From assembly GCF_001194135.2 (NCBI RefSeq), contig NC_068998.1:41937141-41985455 (forward strand): a stretch of 48,315 nt of DNA, in the 5' to 3' direction. This document shows, in pieces, positions 12,340-25,641 of the stretch. Within the stretch, counting starts at the first letter, position 1, and every line of letters begins with the position of its first letter. The position numbers were made by a program, and so were the translations under genes. This DNA comes from Octopus bimaculoides (lineage: Eukaryota). A model generated the notes under the pieces. That model did not search any database, had not been told where the DNA came from, and was given only the letters and a program-made list of their open reading frames with translations.

Positions 12340-12465
12340 TTTCATTTGTCATAATAATAATAATAATAATGATAATAATGATAATGATTTCATTTGTAAT
12401 AATAATGATAATGATTTCGTTTGGAATAATAATAAATAACAATAATAATAATAATAATAATAAGA
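12195..12465. repeat. Long (ATA)n tract with a thrice-repeated ATGATTTCATTTG-like interruption
   Basis: Interruptions near 12337, 12384 and 12412. Confidence 0.9.
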
Positions 12466-13104
12466 AGAAGAAGAAGAGAGTTTCGCGCTGAATAACAATA
12501 TGGATGTGCTACCCTAGGCTCTCCATTCAAAAACAAATCTAATCTAATAACATCGGTGGAATGGTATAAAGGAACCTGCGGAAGGCTTGAAGGAATCATC
12601 AGCCTTTTAACAAAGATAATCACAAAAAACAAAAGTTTTACTGCCATACAAAGCACCGTTTCTTCCATGCGTGATGTGTCAGTGAAACATGTACGAAAGA
12701 CATATGTGAAATTAACATCGGAAAGCATAAAAATTATAAAATATAGGTGGAAAAACATAGTAAGTACGTGAATTGATTAATTACGCATACACTCGAATGT
12801 CTACACATTCATATATACATTTTAATACTCCTAGGACTAAACATACCTCCCAATGTTTACACAACTATGTGAAATTTACAGGACACATATCCACATATAT
12901 GAAAGCACGTATCGTAAACGAAGCGAAAATATAACAAAACAATTTTTGTTTACGAACTAACATAGACATAGTGAACAATTCATAAGTTTAAAAACACCAC
13001 AAAATCTATGCCCGGAGATAAAACTATCAACAAAAAAATTTACGGAAGAATACATATCTCTTAATCTTAAGAAGTTACGTTACGAGCAATGTTTTCCTTC
13101 AGAG

Positions 13105-13230
13105 AACTCGGAGGCGGTGAAAGGATGAAAAACCAAATGGGCCTCGGTGGAATATGAACTCAGAGAATAGCGATAGACAAAATGCTGCTAAGCATTTGGC
13201 TCCGTGTGCTAACAATTCTACCAGCTCACC
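13105..13230 (-). mobile_element. SINE family A, 5' half
   Basis: CCTCGGTGGAATATGAACTCAG...CTAAGCATTT...GTGCTAACAATTCTACCAGCTC. Confidence 0.8.
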
Positions 13231-13629
13231 AATAATACTAATAATACTACAACTACTACTACTACTAATAATAATCATAGCTATTTTTATTGTTGTTGTA
13301 TATTATATGTTGTTATGACCCTTCTCTATAATTCATTGGTGGATTGGTGGTGTTGGTTATGGCATACGTCCATTTTCTTCTCTCCTATTATATTTGTTTG
13401 AATATTTAAAAAATCAATCTCTTTAAATAATCTTTGTAAATTTCCTTTATGTGTGTTATTGGATCACTTCTGTCTGTAACAGGGAATATGAAGGATTAAT
13501 TCTGAGAGATTATAATACAACTAACCCTGTATCGTGTTCGCAATTTATACGCACATCGACATATATGTACATCATGGCAACCACACACAGACAGACACAC
13601 ATAAAGAAGGCTAACTGTCAAAGGGGCCG

Positions 13630-14804
13630 AAATAAACTGCATCAAATTGCTATAAAAGCAGGTAGTAATTTTAGGTTGTTTTTATCCTTAGTGAACGTCT
13701 CGAAGAGTGCAATTCGATTTTTACAACGCTATAATGGGTGGTACTCCGTCGGTCACGACGACGCGGGTTCCAGTTGATCCGATCAACGGAACAGCCTGCT
13801 CGTGAAATTAACGTGCAAGTGGCTGAGCACTCTACAGACATGTGTTCCCTTAACGTAGTTCTCTGGGATATTCAGCGTGACGCAGGGTGTAACAAGGCTG
13901 GCCCTTTGAAATACAGGTACAACGGAAACAGGAAGTAAGAGTGAGAGAAAGTTATGGTGTAAGAGTACAGCAGGGTTCGCCATCATGCCCTGCCGGAACC
14001 TCGTGGAACTTTAGGTGTTTTGGCTCAATAAACACTCACAACTCCCGGTCTGGGAATCGAAACCACGTTCCTACGACCGCAAGTCGGCTGCCCTAACCAC
14101 TAGGCTATTGCGCCTCCACAAAGCTATAACAGAAATGACAAAAAAACATATTCGGCATATTTTGCTTTAGGAGTTCAACAAAGGCAACAACACAACGGAA
14201 AGTGCGAGGAATATTAACGCAGTGTATGGGGATCGGACAATATCCGTAAGCCAGTGTCAACGGTGGTTCCAGAAATTCCGAGTCAGAAACTACAATATAT
14301 AAGATGAGCCTCGTCCTGTATCATCTGTAGAGCTCAACGAGGAAATAGCAGAGAAACTTGGATTGGTCATTCAACCATACATCGAAACCTGCATGCTATC
14401 GGAAAAGTCAGCAAGTTGGATTAATGGGTTCCTCGCAAACTTTCCTAGTCTGTATGCTCGGCTACGTATAGAGAGGATGATATTCCAAAGGCTGGAACAG
14501 TTTGGATGAGAAACGATGCTCCACCCACCGTATTCACAGGACATTGCCCCGTCTGACTATCATTTATTCCGCAGTCTTCAAAATCATTTAAACGAAAGAA
14601 ATGTGAATTCTTTAGAGGAGGTCAGAACAGTACTGTACGAGTATTTTCGGGAAGAGGGGGGGATGGTAGTATACTAGATAGATGGAAGAGCAATGTACAA
14701 AACGAAGGAGAATATATGTTAGGTTACAAAAGAACTTTGTTCATCTTAATTTTGAAAATTAAAAGACGTATAAAAAACTACATTATTTATGGGATGACAT
14801 TATA
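13630..14804 (+). mobile_element. Mariner (DD34D-type) transposon, decayed, internally deleted and interrupted by a SINE
   Basis: From about 14135: MTKKHIRHILL*EFNKGNNTTESARNINAVYGDRTISVSQCQRWFQKF, WVPRKL and LHPPYSQDIAPSDYHLFRSLQNHL; right TIR-like CATTATTTATGGGATGAC before TA; left boundary approximate. Confidence 0.9.
13740..14117 (-). mobile_element. Full-length tRNA-derived SINE, family B (compare with published octopus OR1)
   Basis: Head GGAGGCGCAATAGCCTAGTGGTTAGGGCAG...GGTTTCGATTCCCAG; flanking direct repeat ACAACGCTATAA (13723-13734) / ACAAAGCTATAA (14118-14129). Confidence 0.93.
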
Positions 14805-16889
14805 NNNNNNNNNNNNNNNNNNNNNNNNNNNNNNNNNNNNNNNNNNNNNNNNNNNNNNNNNNNNNNNNNNNNNNNNNNNNNNNNNNNNNNNNNNNNNNNN
14901 NNNNNNNNNNNNNNNNNNNNNNNNNNNNNNNNNNNNNNNNNNNNNNNNNNNNNNNNNNNNNNNNNNNNNNNNNNNNNNNNNNNNNNNNNNNNNNNNNNNN
15001 NNNNNNNNNNNNNNNNNNNNNNNNNNNNNNNNNNNNNNNNNNNNNNNNNNNNNNNNNNNNNNNNNNNNNNNNNNNNNNNNNNNNNNNNNNNNNNNNNNNN
15101 NNNNNNNNNNNNNNNNNNNNNNNNNNNNNNNNNNNNNNNNNNNNNNNNNNNNNNNNNNNNNNNNNNNNNNNNNNNNNNNNNNNNNNNNNNNNNNNNNNNN
15201 NNNNNNNNNNNNNNNNNNNNNNNNNNNNNNNNNNNNNNNNNNNNNNNNNNNNNNNNNNNNNNNNNNNNNNNNNNNNNNNNNNNNNNNNNNNNNNNNNNNN
15301 NNNNNNNNNNNNNNNNNNNNNNNNNNNNNNNNNNNNNNNNNNNNNNNNNNNNNNNNNNNNNNNNNNNNNNNNNNNNNNNNNNNNNNATATATAAATATAT
15401 ATAAATATATATAAATGTATATATATATATGCATGCGCATATAGTTTTTGTATGTATGTATACATCTTGTCACTTATTTATGCTTACAGCCATAGTTAAA
15501 CATAACTTGGAGAGTGTATAATTTAATTAGAAGCTGAATAGTTTTATACAGCCACTTTCAGTTTTACGTTACGGCTTTATTAAGAAGCATGGCAATATAT
15601 AAGGGATATTCGTGGCCATATCCAAATTTATTCTTCAGCCTCATACCAAATTCTAGTTGCTGATAAATTCATTTATGCTGTTGTCATGCGCAGTCGTTAT
15701 ACACATGAGCAGTGTGTAAGATAACAATGATATACACAGACACACACTTATATATACATATATATATGTGGTTAAGTAAGCTACTAACCACACAGTCACT
15801 TCTGCCACTAGGCACGCACACACCCCCACAAACACGCACGCACGCACACACGCACACACTCATACACACACACACACACACACATACATACTTATACATA
15901 TACAGGTATACTGAATGAAAACATTAGAAAAATCTTTTGCGACCCTGGCAGTCAGGGGTGAAAATCTCTTCTTGATTAAAATAAATTGAGTCAAATTTGA
16001 AAGATTAGAATTAACAGCAAGGATAAAACGAAGATATACACAGTATATACATTCCCCCCGCCCCCATTATCTAGTTATAGCCATGTTGGAATCGTCCACT
16101 TGTCTTTGAAAACAAAGAAATAACGCTGGACTCGATATTTTACAAAGTTAGGTATATGTTATCAAGCGAAAGTACTTTACATTTTAAAAGGTATTCTTGA
16201 TTCTGTTTTTCATCCTCTAACATTATTTGTTCATCAATAGACAACTGAGAAAGAGAAAAATTTCTTACATATACGTCAATGTTTCCAGGCAACGTAAGAG
16301 TTTTGTTAATATAGTACAATCATTTTTATAGTGCATTAATATAACGTTAATTCATACATTGGAGCATCAAAATATATTCATACGTAAAAGGCCTGATATC
16401 TTAAATAACGCAAATGTGTGTTTTGATATACATAGCGAAGTCATCATTTTCGTCGAGTAAGTAGTGAACACTATTACTTTCTCAATGTACTTGTCTGAAC
16501 CTTTGGCTACGATAACACACTAGTATTTTACAATGAAACAAACAATATTTCGAACTCAATACGTGTCCCATATATTACATCCGTTGCATTTCAAAAGATG
16601 CACCATTCTCTCGATTCTAAGCTGAAATTCTTTATGAAGACAGCATTATACCAACACATTATGTACATACATACATATATACATATATACATACATACAT
16701 ACGTACATACATACATACATATGTGTGTGGGTGTGTGAGTGTGTCTAGGTATGTAAATGCATGCTAGGCATATTGATGCATGTATTAAATGAATCAATGC
16801 TGCCTATCAATTCTCGGGCGTAGAAGCATTATTATCAAGTATTGACATCAGTGAAAAGAGAAAACCTACGCTGAACTATTGAGAAATCT

Positions 16890-17320
16890 GCAGTCACTCT
16901 ATCCAAATTACAAGTCCAGTTTTATACCTGTAATTGTTGGGGTCCCTAGATATGTAGCACACTGCCTAAATGCCAATCTTGAGAAATTAGGCATCTGAAA
17001 ACTAGAAAGGAGAAAGCTAGTTCGAAGACAACAGATCCAATCCTTCACTGGAACTGTAATAATCTGTGAAACTTTCCAAAAGTTTATCATTTAACATATA
17101 TGAGCATGTCTAGATATGAAACTATACGCATGAGAATGCATACATAAATCAAAACATACAATTCTGCACACATACATACATAAATACATACATACAGACA
17201 GACAGACAGACAGACAGACAAAAGTACCCTGCTTTTGATGTTGAAATTCCAATGAAGGAGCCTTGGATCTAGGTTTGAAACTGGCTTTTTCTCTATTAGC
17301 AAGGAATCTTGAAATGCATA
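16890..17320 (+). mobile_element. R4/Dong-like RLE LINE 3' fragment, family X
   Basis: LYPNYKSSFIPVIVGVPRYVAHCLNANLEKLGI*KLERRKLVRRQQIQSFTGTVIICETFQKFII* plus a 3' UTR module (17237-17315) homologous to 36178-36840. Confidence 0.8.
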
Positions 17321-17414
17321 TACATTTCTATCTATCAATCACTCTATCTATCTATCTATGCGCGCGCGCGCACACATACACACACACACACAAACACACA
17401 CATACACACACACA

Positions 17415-17459
<45 letters not shown>

Positions 17460-17677
17460 TTGAGATGGATAGGTATGTGTTCGAATACCCATGTCGCTAT
17501 GCTAGATTGTACGATAGAAGCAGAGCTCTGCCACGTTTCGGGCACTTATGTACACCAAAAAAACAGCCATACTTTCCGTTATTCAACAATTTATTTTGTC
17601 TGAACTATGATTCTCATCAAAAGAAAATTGTGAATGGGTCGGAACACTTTGAATATTTTCACCTTTAGATATTAGGA

Positions 17678-17754
<77 letters not shown>

Positions 17755-18536
17755 TAAATATCCATATATTTACACGTACATACCTATACATTTATATTCA
17801 TACACACATATATTTATATGTATGTGTGCGTGTACGTAAGCATATATATATGTGCATCTGTGAATTTGTGTGAGGTGTGTGTATTTATATATGTACATGC
17901 ATATATGCTTATACACTTATACATGTGCATAGATATATACATATATATAAATATATATACATAATTTAAAAGAAACATTGTATACTCTATGTACATATGT
18001 GTGTGTATGTGTGTGTTTGTGTCTGTTTGTGTTTGTCTGTATTTATGTGCGCATGTTTGTACATATTTATATATTTCTTACTGGAAACTGAAAAATCTAA
18101 AATGGCGTCAAAATGTGTCAAATGTAATTTTCCTTCGTTACCAATATGAATGTGAGAGAAAGCAACAAGCTAATTCATTGCTGTATGTCATAATTAGTTT
18201 ATATTGCCATCTAAATGTTTTGTAAATTCACGGCAAATATTTTAAAATCACTGACATGACAATTATCTCTGTATGTATCTCATTAGTATATGGCAAGTCT
18301 ATTTACATATGAAGTTTCAATTGTGAAATAGTTTGCTTTTGTTATTCTTGCATTTCATTATAATCCAATTACATTATTCTGAAAATGTTAGAAGCAAGCA
18401 ATGGAAGAGGAATATTGGATTTTTAGAATAATTGGCTTTCAGTATTTTGCTGTGTCGTTATATAGTCCAAGCTAAAATTCCACTGGAGTTCAAATTTGCA
18501 TTTAAACAATGATGGGATTCATAAAAGATATTGAAT

Positions 18537-18930
18537 ATTATTATTATTATTCAGTAGTTTTATTTTTATAACGTGCTTTCACTTCACTACCGAGCGCAGC
18601 TCTGTGCGCCTTGGGTATGTGCTGTGGTTTGCTGTGGTGCTCTTATGTTTACTGTATTGAAAGTGTTTTGCGTAGAATGTGTGCAGTACCCAGTAGTGCA
18701 ATTTTCTGTATGTTATATATATTTGTAAGTCCTGGTGTTTTTGTTATGTATTTGTCTGAATATTTTTTTATTATACCTAAGGCACCTACTATGATAGGAA
18801 TTGTTTCTGTTTTTAGATTCCACATTCGAGTTATCTCTATTTCCAGGTCTTTGTATTTTGAAAGTTTTTCCATTTCTTTTAGAGAAACGTTGTCATCTGC
18901 TGGTATTGAAACATCAATTAGAAGGCATTT
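18537..18930 (-). mobile_element. R4/Dong-like RLE LINE 3' end, family Y, embedded in (AAT)n
   Basis: KKCLLIDVSIPADDNVSLKEMEKLSKYKDLEIEITRMWNLKTETIPIIVGALG...IQKIALLGTAHILRKTLSIQ*, about 100 nt of 3' UTR, (AAT)n on both sides. Confidence 0.92.
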
Positions 18931-18962
18931 TTTAGAAGGCATTATTATTATTATTATTATTA

Positions 18963-19034
<72 letters not shown>

Positions 19035-19856
19035 GATATTGAAGAATTGCACTCATGACAGAATCAGACAACTTGTATATGCTATATTTTGTTGCGTCCA
19101 TTTGAATGGTAGCTATTGAACCTGCTGTCGAGAGGCAAATTAGCTTTCCTTTCCAAAGGCATTGACAGCAAAAATATAAGCCATGCAATAGGATCGGATA
19201 TAAATCACCGGCACAACCCGCGAAATGACTCCGCTACTAATTGCTAACATCATCATGAAAATCTTTGTAGATATAATAGCAGTTAAATTCAAATAACTAT
19301 ATTTTCACCGTACGTATTCAGAAAAGTAAAACATTGGGACACTGCTATCCGACTATATTGAGCACTTAAAATATCCAAGACATGTGACACATTTCATCAT
19401 TCTTTGGAATTTAACTCCAGTGGTACAGATCCTTCCATACCCTTTCGAAGTTGCTGGTTATCGCTCTTGCAGAGAGCATCGTAGATAAAAAATAATAGTC
19501 TCTGAACAGCGTATCAGAATTTTGATAAGTATCGTTAAACCACCCATACTGTGAACAATACCTCTCTATTACTCATTCTAGCTGGATTCTAACTGACAAA
19601 CTTTATTACATTATACTTCATATCATTACCGACTTTGATATCCTCGTGGATTTTCATTTAGCAGAATCGATGAATACATAACTAGTCACCAGCAATAATC
19701 ACGCTCCTATATTTCGGTATTTAGTGACAGCTTAGTAGTACAGTCTCTAATTCTCAGCACATTTTATGATTTAAAATATGTTTGCATATTGCAGCTCATC
19801 CTTAGTGATATATTTTTTAAGGTCTTCACGATATAATGATAATAATAATAATAATG

Positions 19857-19926
<70 letters not shown>

Positions 19927-20569
19927 TAACACACACATGCATACTTATGTATGCATGTATAGGGAGATGGATATAATGTCCATCCTTGCTACTTCCACCC
20001 ACCCGACTTTTTAAGCATAGAATTGTTTGTAACAATATATATTCATATTTCGCTTAGGTATTGCGATATTAATAACCTAGTGTAGATCTCAATTTGGGTA
20101 TACCTCCCGACAAAGAGTTAGTCGAGTACAAGAGGCTCCGACGAAGCTATAAGGCGCTATTCAGCACTCAACAACTCTAAAATGAGCCAAATACATCTTA
20201 TAGCGGAAACAGCTGTAACTGAATGCAGTTCAGATAATCGTTTTCTCATTTAATTGTCATTACTTTCTCTTGTCTGTCTCTGTCTTTGTCTCTGTCTGTC
20301 TGTCTGTCTGTCTGTCTGCCTGTCTCTATCTCTCTCTCTCTCCCTAATATATATATTATGTGTGTATTAATGTGGCAAGACGGCCACTGTTGAATTTAAA
20401 GCTTTGAAGAGATTGTCATTAGCCAGAATGCCTGCTGCCAGTATAATGGCTTAGATAGTAGTATTACTAGTTGTGATATACAGACCAACTAGATGACTGT
20501 GTTTGTGGATGTGTGAGTGTATATGTGTGTGTGTGTGAGTCTCTGTGTCTGCATGTATGTATCTATGTA

Positions 20570-20607
<38 letters not shown>

Positions 20608-20627
20608 TAGATAGATAGATAGATAGG

Positions 20628-20695
<68 letters not shown>

Positions 20696-22160
20696 GGCAT
20701 AAGTATGTAGGCTACATATGTGTCTATATTCAACTCCATCTGTCTCAGTATGTATATATATATATATACACACGCATATATAAGTGTATATGGGTCTATG
20801 CGTGTGCGTGTGTATACACTGCATAGCACGCTTACAAAAGCACATACATTTATGTATACACACGCACATAAACGTTAGTACAGACGTTGTGCATAGACAA
20901 ATATATTAGCTTCAGTTATTTCTCGTACCGAAACGTAGCCTAGCAAATTACTAATTATTAGACAGTACTGAACTTGATTAATGGAGGGGACGTGTTACTT
21001 TTTGAGCATGGCAAACAGACATAAATGTACTCAGGTGGTATACAACATATATTACGTTCCACTGAGACCAAACAACATGTCAAACAATAATGGAAACATA
21101 AGAATAACAAAGGAAACATACCACACATTAGTTGTTTTTGGTGTATCATATTACACTTCCTGGCGTTTCAATTTCTTAGAGAATTTCTATGCTAAACAAT
21201 GACAAAATCGTTCCGATATTTCCTGAAAGATAATGAAGTAAAAGATATATATNNNNNNNNNNNNNNNNNNNNNNNNNNNNNNNNNNNNNNNNNNNNNNNN
21301 NNNNNNNNNNNNNNNNNNNNNNNNNNNNNNNNNNNNNNNNNNNNNNNNNNNNNNNNNNNNNNNNNNNNNNNNNNNNNNNNNNNNNNNNNNNNNNNNNNNN
21401 NNNNNNNNNNNNNNNNNNNNNNNNNNNNNNNNNNNNNNNNNNNNNNNNNNNNNNNNNNNNNNNNNNNNNNNNNNNNNNNNNNNNNNNNNNNNNNNNNNNN
21501 NNNNNNNNNNNNNNNNNNNNNNNNNNNNNNNNNNNNNNNNNNNNNNNNNNNNNNNNNNNNNNNNNNNNNNNNNNNNNNNNNNNNNNNNNNNNNNNNNNNN
21601 NNNNNNNNNNNNNNNNNNNNNNNNNNNNNNNNNNNNNNNNNNNNNNNNNNNNNNNNNNNNNNNNNNNNNNNNNNNNNNNNNNNNNNNNNNNNNNNNNNNN
21701 NNNNNNNNNNNNNNNNNNNNNNNNNNNNNNNNNNNNNNNNNNNNNNNNNNNNNNNNNNNNNNNNNNNNNNNNNNNNNNNNNNNNNNNNNNNNNNNNNNNN
21801 NNNNNNNNNNNNNNNNNNNNNNNNNNNNNNNNNNNNNNNNNNNNNNNNNNNNNNNNNNNNNNNNNNNNNNNNNNNNNNNNNNNNNNNNNNNNNNNNNNNN
21901 NNNNNNNNNNNNNNNNNNNNNNNNNNNNNNNNNNNNNNNNNNNNNNNNNNNNNNNNNNNNNNNNNNNNNNNNNNNNNNNNNNAGTTCTCTCTTTCCCTCT
22001 TTTCTGTGTGTGTGTTTGTGTTTGTGTTTGTGTGTGTAAACTCGCGTACATTCTATTTCAATATAGATACAAATACATACATGTACATACACAAACATAC
22101 GGACATACACGAACAAAATACTCTCACAATCACACCTATGCATGCACCTGAACACACACA

Positions 22161-22197
<37 letters not shown>

Positions 22198-22498
22198 CAC
22201 ATACACGCACACTTACACACGCTCACATACACACACACATACACACAGAGGCAGATGCGCGTATATATCCACTTATGCATATTTATACACAAAAGGTTAT
22301 TTTCATCTCTATGTCCCAGAGAGATGTTCTTAAATTAAAATAATTTTTCCTGCAAGATACTTGGTGCTTTCTAACGAAACTTGATTATCGACGTTCACAC
22401 CATTCGCTCTTTCCAGATATAAATACACACACACATACACACACACACGCACACGTATACACACTCACACATACACACACACATATACGTATACTGTA

Positions 22499-22534
<36 letters not shown>

Positions 22535-22779
22535 CACAGGCACGTATATATATCGCACATATGACACACAATTCTTTGGGCAGTTCATTTATCTGCTCAT
22601 TCGAAAAGTAAGTGGCTTAATGCTTAAATCTTCTTCCTCGCCATCATCGTCGTCCTCATCATCATCGTCGTCGTCCTCCTCCTCCTCCTCCCCTTCTTCA
22701 TCCTCTTCCTCATCATCATGATCTTCATTCTTAGACATTTCTTTTAAGTGTCAGAGCATTATCGACTTGTGGAATTATG

Positions 22780-23090
22780 TCAAATAGCTGTGGCCATATG
22801 CAAAACGGTTCCAGCTACCAAGGGACTCCATCTTGAAAAATAGTCGTGTTGCCTTGCAATGTTCTTGAAAAAATGCAGGTAATTTCAGTCTGTCTGATAT
22901 CGATGGTAAAAGGCACCCGTATGGTGGACAACATTGAAAGGACTGAAGACAGACACTTTCCTCTTCCGCCAAGCCCTCATCGACATTTTCCAAGTTCTAC
23001 TTGAAAGACGAAGGCAGGGGTGGAGAGGGAGGTGCTGCCCTCTAGTGATGGTGGATGAGAGTAGCCGGAATAATCCATGTATTTGGAGCT
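22780..23090 (-). mobile_element. Possible highly decayed CR1/Jockey-type RT fragment
   Basis: Loose, frameshifted motifs SSRTWKM, LSSVLSML and QHDYFSRWS in the expected order. Confidence 0.3.
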
Positions 23091-23200
23091 TATCTTTCAG
23101 CCAGCACTAATCAGTGAATACAGATAGGAGTAAGTTCTTGTTCTTGTAAGTGTAAGTAACACATAAGCTGTCCCATTTAATCAAGAAGGATTGGATCCAC

Positions 23201-23264
23201 GAGCTGTTCCATTTAATCCAGTGAAGGATTGGATCTGTAGTCTTCAAATTAGCTTTCTCCTTTC
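23201..23264 (-). mobile_element. Short piece of family X LINE
   Basis: Reverse AGAAAGGAGAAAGCTAATTTGAAGACTACAGATCCAATCCTTCACTGG matches 17004-17052. Confidence 0.8.
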
Positions 23265-23266
23265 TA

Positions 23267-23490
23267 CAGGGTGTCCACAAAGTCTGGGTACATGGGGATT
23301 AACACATACTTTAAGAAATTATTGTTTCTTATATTTAATCTTATTTAGTTTTTACTTATATATACAGATAGTTTTCAGGTATGTTTTTCGTTCTTCCTTA
23401 TAGATTCTGTATTAACATCGGCCATTATTGTTACATTTTCTTCGCAATATTTCCTCGTTCAAAAACCTAGTGGTGTATAAAAGAAACCTC
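23267..23490 (+). mobile_element. Single end of a Tc1/mariner-type element
   Basis: TA at 23265-23266 followed by TIR-like CAGGGTGTCCACAAAGTCTGGGTACATGGGG; no partner TIR seen; inner boundary approximate. Confidence 0.6.
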
Positions 23491-23602
23491 CTTTTCATCT
23501 TCCTCATCCTCCTCGTCGTTGTTGTCCTTCTCCTTACTCAACTTCATCATTATCACATCATTGTCATCATTTTCATGATCATGATCATCATCATTATTAT
23601 TA

Positions 23603-23790
23603 AGAGACAGAGAGCAGTACACACCATGAAAGTGATGTTGGGACACAAACATAGGAAGTCCAATATACTCATCATGATAACACGTCTGATAAGGGTACAC
23701 TAGGTACATGCACCACATCCATATGCATTCCACATGGTGGCCTCCTATTATACATCACATGACCTTACAAGTGGAGCTAGAGTTAGTATA
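23603..23790 (-). mobile_element. Family E repeat, truncated copy
   Basis: GAGAGCAGTACACACCATGAAAGTGA...GTCTGATAAGGGTACAC matches 25301-25475; ATT repeats on both sides. Confidence 0.75.
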
Positions 23791-23843
<53 letters not shown>

Positions 23844-23844
23844 T

Positions 23845-24017
23845 TATGTTTGACTTTTGTTTTGCATTTGTACAAGTTGGATCCAAGTCTCACCCAGAGA
23901 CCTCAAGAGACAACAAGTTAGAAGTTCATGTAGGTGTTATGCCTAGGGTACCATATATTTGGATTTGTACAGTTTTGTTCAAGTGAATGTTTAAGAAACC
24001 ATAAGAAAATTATGTGT
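23845..24017 (-). mobile_element. Probable 3' UTR of an R4/Dong-like LINE with (AAT)n tail (23792-23845)
   Basis: Same strand as the RLE coding piece across the gap; ends in AAT repeats. Confidence 0.45.
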
Positions 24018-25014
24018 NNNNNNNNNNNNNNNNNNNNNNNNNNNNNNNNNNNNNNNNNNNNNNNNNNNNNNNNNNNNNNNNNNNNNNNNNNNNNNNNNNN
24101 NNNNNNNNNNNNNNNNNNNNNNNNNNNNNNNNNNNNNNNNNNNNNNNNNNNNNNNNNNNNNNNNNNNNNNNNNNNNNNNNNNNNNNNNNNNNNNNNNNNN
24201 NNNNNNNNNNNNNNNNNNNNNNNNNNNNNNNNNNNNNNNNNNNNNNNNNNNNNNNNNNNNNNNNNNNNNNNNNNNNNNNNNNNNNNNNNNNNNNNNNNNN
24301 NNNNNNNNNNNNNNNNNNNNNNNNNNNNNNNNNNNNNNNNNNNNNNNNNNNNNNNNNNNNNNNNNNNNNNNNNNNNNNNNNNNNNNNNNNNNNNNNNNNN
24401 NNNNNNNNNNNNNNNNNNNNNNNNNNNNNNNNNNNNNNNNNNNNNNNNNNNNNNNNNNNNNNNNNNNNNNNNNNNNNNNNNNNNNNNNNNNNNNNNNNNN
24501 NNNNNNNNNNNNNNNNNNNNNNNNNNNNNNNNNNNNNNNNNNNNNNNNNNNNNNNNNNNNNNNNNNNNNNNNNNNNNNNNNNNNNNNNNNNNNNNNNNNN
24601 NNNNNNNNNNNNNNNNNNNNNNNNNNNNNNNNNNNNNNNNNNNNNNNNNNNNNNNNNNNNNNNNNNNNNNNNNNNNNNNNNNNNNNNNNNNNNNNNNNNN
24701 NNNNNNNNNNNNNNNNNNNNNNNNNNNNNNNNNNNNNNNNNNNNNNNNNNNNNNNNNNNNNNNNNNNNNNNNNNNNNNNNNNNNNNNNNNNNNNNNNNNN
24801 NNNNNNNNNNNNNNNNNNNNNNNNNNNNNNNNNNNNNNNNNNNNNNNNNNNNNNNNNNNNNNNNNNNNNNNNNNNNNNNNNNNNNNNNNNNNNNNNNNNN
24901 NNNNNNNNNNNNNNNNNNNNNNNNNNNNNNNNNNNNNNNNNNNNNNNNNNNNNNNNNNNNNNNNNNNNNNNNNNNNNNNNNNNNNNNNNNNNNNNNNNNN
25001 NNNNNNNNNNNNNN

Positions 25015-25251
25015 AGCATTTTTTTCTTCATGATCTTTGACAACTATATCTGGTCTATTTGCCTTAATTTCTCTATCTGTGTGTATTGGCATATCTCAGA
25101 GTATGGTTGCTTTCTCGTTTTCTGTGACCCTTTCTGGCGTGTGTTTATACCATCTTTTTTCTGTTGTTATTCCATAGTGTTGGCATAGCTTCCAGTGTAT
25201 ATAGGTCCCAGTTCTGTCGTGTCTGTGAATATATTCCTTCTTAGCCAGGAC

Positions 25252-25252
<1 letters not shown>
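25015..25252 (-). mobile_element. R4/Dong-like RLE LINE fragment (family Y-like)
   Basis: VLAKKEYIHRHDRTGTYIHWKLCQHYG...WYKHTPERVTENEKATIL*DMPIHTDREIKANRPDIVVKDHEEK (RH and RPD motifs); 5' end abuts (AAT)n. Confidence 0.92.
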
Positions 25253-25300
<48 letters not shown>

Positions 25301-25301
<1 letters not shown>

Positions 25302-25475
25302 GAGTGAGAGAGCGGTGCATGCCATCAAAGTGACACTGGGGCAAAATATACGAAACCCAGTATACCCATTGTGACGACGCATCTGATAAGGGTACACGGA
25401 GCACATGCATCACAACCTCATGTGCATAACATGGTGATCTGTGGTATTGGTCAGAATATTTGCCTCAAAATTTCC
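25301..25475 (-). mobile_element. Family E repeat, internally deleted and truncated copy
   Basis: TGAGTGAGAGAGCGGTGCATGCCATCAAAGTGACACTGG directly after (TTA)n; joins to TGTGGTATT...AATATTTGC from the distal part of the full copy. Confidence 0.8.
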
Positions 25476-25535
25476 ATCAAGATTTCAGCCCTTGTACCTA
25501 TAGTAAAAAAGGATTATTATTAATATCATTATCAT

Positions 25536-25633
<98 letters not shown>

Positions 25634-25641
25634 TATAATAA

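Noticed and set aside
12513-12575. VPLYHSTDVIRLDLFLNGEP resembles the LepA/GUF1 DxVKxDILLNGExV motif
   Set aside because: Flanking conserved motifs (GYASFDY upstream; PRQ and KCYGGD downstream) are not seen anywhere in the window, so this is likely chance
20138-20160. CCGACGAAGCTATAAGGCGC, superficially hammerhead-like
   Set aside because: Lacks both the CUGA and GAAA core elements
22589-22738. 49-aa acidic minus-strand ORF MSKNEDHDDEEED... (similar tract at 23495-23595)
   Set aside because: Stop just upstream, no splice support, and best explained as a degenerate GAN trinucleotide tract
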